Of a stretch of DNA of 64,000 nucleotides, positions 57,966-64,000 are shown in pieces. Positions within the stretch are counted from its first letter, which is position 1, and each line of letters starts with the position of its first letter. The position numbers were made by a program, and so were the translations under genes. The notes below the pieces were generated by a model. The model ran no database searches and was not told the origin of the DNA. It worked only from the letters and a program-made list of their open reading frames with translations. Source of the DNA: Nemertoderma westbladi. Lineage: Eukaryota > Animalia > Xenacoelomorpha. Location: positions 19,828 to 83,827 of the forward strand of contig JAUCBJ010008823.1 in the NCBI GenBank assembly GCA_032718475.1, written 5' to 3'.

Positions 57966-59302
57966 CACGAAGTGGGGCCTTCGCGCAGCACGTGACTTAA
58001 ATTTAATTTAAGTACTAATTCGAAAGTATTACTGTATTAGCAAATTTTAAGCAGATTTCGCCTAATCACTTTTTACCTCTTTCATTTCTATTCAGACATT
58101 TCTGACTCTAGCGGTATAGTGAGAACTGAAGATGGATTAGGGTCTCCAGCCCCACAAAGACACAGCCTATGGATGAATAGTACATACGTACATCGGCCAA
58201 GTTTCATCTTGAATAACGGATAACGAAATGAGAGACGGATCTCACTTTCAGAAATTTCGTCGTATAGCGGCAGACCGATTAAATCTCCCCCCCCCCCCCC
58301 CCCCCCCCCACAAAGACGCAGCATGTGGTCCAGAATATATGGCAAGATTCAGCTTAAACTGATTAAAATCAATGAGACGGGAGAATCTATTCACTTTCAG
58401 GCATAAAGTAGTCCTATAGCGGGTGACTGTTGAACTGATTTACAATAAAACAAATTTTCAACTTGGCAGCTTTAAATTCGACAAAGTTATAAGCATGTCA
58501 ATATCATAACGACGACAACGATTTCACTTTCAGACATTTGGCCCTCTAGCGGCAGACTGGAGAACTGCAGATGGATTCGCCTCCTTTGAAAGTCACAGCT
58601 AATGGTCTAATACATTTCTGCCAAGTTTCAGCTTAAACGGATTAAAAGCAAAGAAATGGGAGGGCATTTAATGTTTAGACATGTGGCCCTCTAGCGGGAG
58701 ACCATTGCACTGATGGTGTCTGAAAGTCTCTCAAAAATCTCAACTTTAGCTCATATTGATACCTACAAATTTTCAACTTGGCAGCTTTAAATCCGACAAA
58801 GTTATTAGCATGTCAAAATCGTAACGACGACAACGATTTCACTTTCAGACCTTTGGCCCTCTAGCGGCAGACTGGAGAACTGCAGATGGATTCGCCTCCT
58901 TTGAAAGTCACAGCTAATGGTCTAATACATATCTGCCAAGTTTCAGCTTAAACGGATTAAAAGCAAAGAAATGGGAGGGCATTTAATGTTTAGACATGTG
59001 GCCCTCTAGCGGGAGACCATTGCACTGATGGTGTCTGAAAGTCTCTCAAAAATCTCAACTTTTTCAACAAAAATCTCAATCTCAACAAATTTTCAACTTG
59101 GCAGCTTTAAATCCGACAAAGTTATTAGCATGTCAAAATCGTAACGACGACGACGACGACGACAACGACGACGACAACGACGACAACGACGACGACGACG
59201 ACGACAACGACGACGACGATGACGACAACTATTTGCATAAATTGACCCACCCCCTAACAGTGTCAATTCGCTAAGGCTCCGCCAACTTCGTGGCTCGCCC
59301 CA
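57966..59302. mobile_element. Helentron-associated-like non-autonomous element with an internal ~315-bp duplication and (ACG)n tract
   Basis: cacgaagt/acttcgtg inverted pair, internal repeats at ~58450, 58765 and 59086, microsatellite at 59143-59228. Confidence 0.55.
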
Positions 59303-60271
59303 CATCGGAAACTTATGGTCCGATTATTTAGAGTAGCAGTAGTTTCATTGCTTTATTGGAGTCCATGCTGTGCTCTAACTGCTCTGGACACCAAATCTCT
59401 GGTTGGCACATTCACAAGAATGCTACGTCGGGTTCACTTGTCAAGTTCAATGAACACATCTCCAACCAGACACTATATAACATTGGAGGTGTCTCATTGG
59501 TTCCAATGTGAGGACCAGCCTGATCACAATAATGTTGTGCTTTAGCAGCTCCATGGAGAAAATAAGCATGGTGGACAGCCCTGACTTTCTTGAAACGCCT
59601 TTTAAAGGACACTTGAAGATGCGGATAATCTCGCGAAAGTCATTGGGGATAGGGAGTTGTGGCGGTGCAACTTTGTTGATAAGCCGGCATTCTTAATGCA
59701 TGCTGCATTGGGCTTGTCAATTGTTGATTGCATGGTGGTGATAAATATTCTTCGAATCACCAAATTTTACTTTAAGGAGCATCTTTCATCCTTAAGATCA
59801 ATGTAAAATCCTTTACCTGGGAAGGGCGCCAATTGACCATCAGGCCTTGGCATAAGTATAAAGTATACAACTAAGACATACTGATATGATAGGGAAGAAG
59901 TGGGGCGAGCCACGAAAGTAAGCGAGCTTAGCATACGGGTACCACTAACTCAATCGGTTTGTCTGTGGGGCGAGCCACAAAGTAAGCGAGCCTTATCGTA
60001 GTCTGGTACTGTTGCTGCAGGTATAAATCCTGCCTTTAAAATTACTTATTTTACCAATTTACCCAAAAAACTGTATTTTTATCAGTTACGGTGTTATACT
60101 AATAATTTCTTGTAGAATATTCCTCAGTAAAAGGTTCTTACGCCATCTAGTGCTATCATACCTGTATTTGAACCAATTCATTGTTAAGAATCATCAATGG
60201 AGTGAGTGATCTCCTAATGGCTCATAATAATTGCATTAGCCCTCCCTGAGTATATAATATTTGTTACCTGT

Positions 60272-61355
60272 TTATTGGTTCACGGTCCTTGACATAGGTG
60301 ACCATTATTACCGGGTAATGGGGTGTGTGTGTGTGTTGTGTTGTGTGTGTGTGTGTGTGTGTGGTGTGTTTGCCAGAGCGATATCTCAGTTATTTATTAA
60401 TCAATCGAAACAAAATTTGGACAAAAGTTAGATATAGGGATGGCGAAGGCTCATACAAAAAATTGGGTGTCGAGATGGTATTTGTGCGATGTGAGCGCTA
60501 TATTTGCGTGTTTTCGCATGGTTTAGGAAAAAGCTATCTTGTCATAGGGAACGCAATGAATGATTCTGATATTTGGCATGGAGGTACCTGAATTATTTGT
60601 AAATCGATTAACGGAGGCCGATTTTTAAATTTGGACCTACATTATGACCTAATTGAAGATTTAATTAAGGTAATTAATTAGCACTGCTAGTACTGTCTGA
60701 TTGTCTGCCTGTAGTAGGCATACCGGACCGGTACTACCTGACCACTGTAGGCCTATCTGCCTATCTTCATACTGTCATAGGTCAGTACAGCAGTAGGTCC
60801 TAGCCTAGCCCTAGCAGTAAATATAATATTTCGCCATGTTCGCAGGCGACTTCGCACTGACTACCAGTAGGCCTATGCAGCTATGCTATGAGATTAACCG
60901 TCCAGTCGTTCAGATGCATATGGTACCGGTACTGGAACGGGTTACGGTTTAATCCTGCATTTGTCAATTACGACAATACCGGTACGACTTTGAGTACCGC
61001 TGTACCGGTACGCGGTAGCCTACCGTTACCGGTTGACCGGTAGGCGTAGGCGGTAGACCTACGGTGCGATGGTAGCCAGCCGGTAGGTGGTAGGCTTACC
61101 GTACCGGTATAAATGTTGGCGGATGGCGGGATGACGTCGTGTGGCGCGTAATTACTTACCGGTTGCCGGTAGACGCCTACCCAACTCGTAACTGGTGGTC
61201 GTGGTCGTGGTGGGATGAGCACAGGAGCATGAGGTCGCCTACGACTGTACGATGGGAACAAGTGAAAAGGAAACATAGGCCTACCCGAACGAAAACGTAT
61301 TATTATTGTACTGATTAAGTAGGAGGACCGTGAACCTTCCAGGCTTGCCAGCTTG
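60272..61355 (+). mobile_element. Helentron-associated-like element splitting an older repeat
   Basis: 13-bp inverted pair ggttcacggtcct (60277) / aggaccgtgaacc (61324) and a (TG)n tract. Its flanks are roughly contiguous in the 4745-5450 copy. Confidence 0.55.
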
Positions 61356-62531
61356 TTATTACAACTAGTAGCTTTGGAGCTCTGCAGAGATTACTTCTCA
61401 TGCAGACGTTATACCTCTGGTCAGGTCGCTGCCAGTGGTATTTATTACATGCAATTAAGTATCAGTGGTAATCTGGACAATTGTAATAGATAAAAGTGTG
61501 TCGTTCTGTCTCTGACTTACTAAATAATAAATATATGCCGATATACCAGACCATTAATATAAGAAAGGCCCTTATTATTAATTGTATCACGATGGAGAGT
61601 TGTCATAAATTAATTACGATAGAAATATTTATATAATCGTACATAAAGGCAAGTCACTATTTGTGTTTCTCCTAAAGAGAAACACAAATACCGCACTTGA
61701 GTTCTTACAGAATTAATTAGTCAGTCATTTGCTTGTTATATTGTGTTGTCACGCCCTCCCGGTATCATATCTCAGTTAAATACAATAGATATTCAAATAC
61801 CGTATAGAACCAAATAAATTATAGAGTAAACAAACTTATGAGAGGGAGGCAAAGGGGAAGCGATCGATACAGTAAGCGACCCTTGTTGACAGGTACACTA
61901 GCGCAATCCCATTTATTGTATCAGACCAGCGGTTTAGAACGTCATAAATGCATGAATTCTCAGCTCTGATTGCTACAAGTCAAAAATATACGAAATTGAG
62001 ATTGAAGGAACATAATTTACTAAAAGCGCTAACAGGTACCATTAATCAACCTGTCGTTCTGTTGATCTGTGGCTGTTTTTTTTGCAGTGTTCAATTTTAA
62101 ACGTTAATAACTCGGCCAATCCTCGATGAAATCTATCCAAACTTGGTACACATGTTGCTTGGCAAAAGTTTAAAAATTTTCCAAGCTGAATTTGCGTGTG
62201 GCCTTCAAGAAGCTAAGATAAAAGCATTTAATTAGTTAATTAATTAATTGCGGTAAAAACAGCATTTTCAAGCCTCTTTAAACGGAAATTAATTATTTTA
62301 TAGTATAAGATTTAAATAATTATACTTAAAAATTATACAGGTAATCCAATAAACAATCAAACGCCGTTGCTTTCGTCTTAATTTGAAGACGTTACTGCAA
62401 AACCAAATAATATAAATGCTACCATGTATAGCTGAGGTTAATAAATTTTTTAATCATAAAGGATCCAATTTGAAATTAAAAGGTGAAGAATACCAGACTT
62501 TCTGCCGTTATATTTCACTTTGCAGTTACCC

Positions 62532-62774
62532 CCATGTGAAGAATACCAGGCTTTCACCAAAAATACAGGTTACAGAAGGGCTGAATTTAACCAAAACAAT
62601 AAACGAATTTGTATATTATGTACAGGTTATAAGAGAGAAATAAGCGTTATAAAATACTTTAAATCTTAAATCATTAAATCACTTTAAACACTTTAGATCA
62701 ATTAAAAAAAATTGTCATATTTAAAATTCCAATAAAAAGTCGACCGAAAAGTGAAAATGGTATTCTTCACATGG
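62532..62774. mobile_element. Small MITE-like element
   Basis: Perfect 17-bp inverted repeat ccatgtgaagaatacca / tggtattcttcacatgg. Confidence 0.55.
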
Positions 62775-63014
62775 TCGAATTTAAATGTTAAATAACGAGA
62801 GATGCGGGAACTAAAGACTGGAAATTCGTACCTTTGAAGTTTAAAGTACTAATATGGTTTATATTACATTATATTGCACATGCATACACTGTCTCAGCTT
62901 ATTCAGTTATTGATTTACTTATTCAGTAGTGCAACCAATCATCTGGTGACTGTTTGGTGGTGGATTGTTATGTTGACAAATGTAAAGGTGTAAATATTAT
63001 CATTATCATTATTA

Positions 63015-64000
63015 ATAAATCCTATAGGGCCTATTAAATCCGGGGGGGGGGGGGGGGGTCAATAAGACCCCCCCCCCCGTGGTTTTTTTGTTATAATTCT
63101 GAAACAAACTCAGTTGGGAATATGAAATTTTCTGACTTTTCCTAAAAATCTATTGTCTTCTTAGTATTGAAAACCGTTTTCAAAAATATTGGGTAGTTTT
63201 CGAGTTATAGCACCATTTTTTAACCCTACTTTTGGCACTTTTTTTGAGAAGTTTTTTGAAAGTTATATTTCATTAAATATGATTTGTTACATCTCTATTT
63301 TTTATTTATACCGGTTTTTTGGTGTTAGCAATTGGATGGAATTCATATAAATTAATTTAGAAGTTTCAAACTTGTTTTTTTCGGCGGGTGCCAAATTTTG
63401 GTGACAACGCCAAATTTTGAAATATGTCAATTTTGTCAATTGATTATTTCAAACTTGTATTTTACGCAATTGGGGTTTTTTGCACCAAGCTTATCAAACT
63501 TGTATTTTTCGGTGCTGTTTGCAAATTTTGGTGCTAGCACGAAATTTTTAAAAATCCATTCAATAGATAAAATTGCTTGTGACAATTTATTTCTTGCGTT
63601 TTGGATTTTTATGGCTGTTCTGAATTCAATGGAATATATAGTTATCGAACTAGACATCTCCAACTTGTATTTTTCGGAAGTGGATGCAAAATGTGGTGCT
63701 AGCACCAAATTTTGAAAACCATCAAATTTATCAATTGATTGTGTCACCTTGTTTCTTGCGTTATACGGGTTTGTGAGGGTTCTGAATTCGATGGAATCAA
63801 TAAAAATTTCATAAGAGTTTTCAAACTTGTATTTTTCGTCGGTGGGTGAAAATTGTTGTACCAGCACCAAATTTTTGAAAATAAGCAAATTGATCAGTAG
63901 ATAGTATCATTTTGTTTCTTACGTTATTAGGGTTTATGAGGGTCCTGAATCCGATGGAATGAATAAAAAAAGCACTGGATATCGCAAAATTGTACTTTTT
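63015..64000. repeat. Probable DNA-transposon end with G/C-run hairpin and degenerate internal repeats
   Basis: (G)n-tcaataaga-(C)n at ~63042-63078 and recurrent aacttgtatttttcg...gcaccaaatttt blocks running to the window end. Confidence 0.35.

Noticed and set aside
59093-59305. Protamine-like Arg/Cys-rich ORF
   Set aside because: Translation of the (ACG)n microsatellite.

Overview
AT-rich eukaryotic (invertebrate-like) genomic window, dominated by repeats. Left to right: (1) the probable right end of a Maverick/Polinton-like element (ends ACTACT at 2943) with an orphan ORF of at least 562 aa that runs off the window and is missing from the ORF track. (2) Three coding exons of a TBC1D30-like Rab-GAP gene. 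Its first visible intron is filled by a ~14-kb array of a 57-bp unit that copies the exon end plus splice donor, and a ~2-kb 22-bp array follows the stop codon. (3) A young 22-kb BEL/Pao LTR retrotransposon (minus strand, 26714-48756, GAGTA TSD, ~1.92-kb LTRs ending TA...TA) with an intact 2475-aa Gag-Pol. It also carries an accessory DEDDy-like exonuclease/zinc-knuckle ORF, a nested IS3EU-like fragment and a tRNA-like cassette in each LTR. It has no tRNA-type PBS; instead an 11-nt PBS-position sequence is complementary to its own LTR, and a 20-nt hairpin motif recurs 11 times along the sense strand. (4) An intronless adhesion GPCR. (5) Decayed LINEs, MITEs and Helentron-like elements. The best candidates for novelty are the putatively self-priming, exonuclease-carrying BEL/Pao element and the splice-junction satellite. 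All calls come from manual reading; no database search was run.
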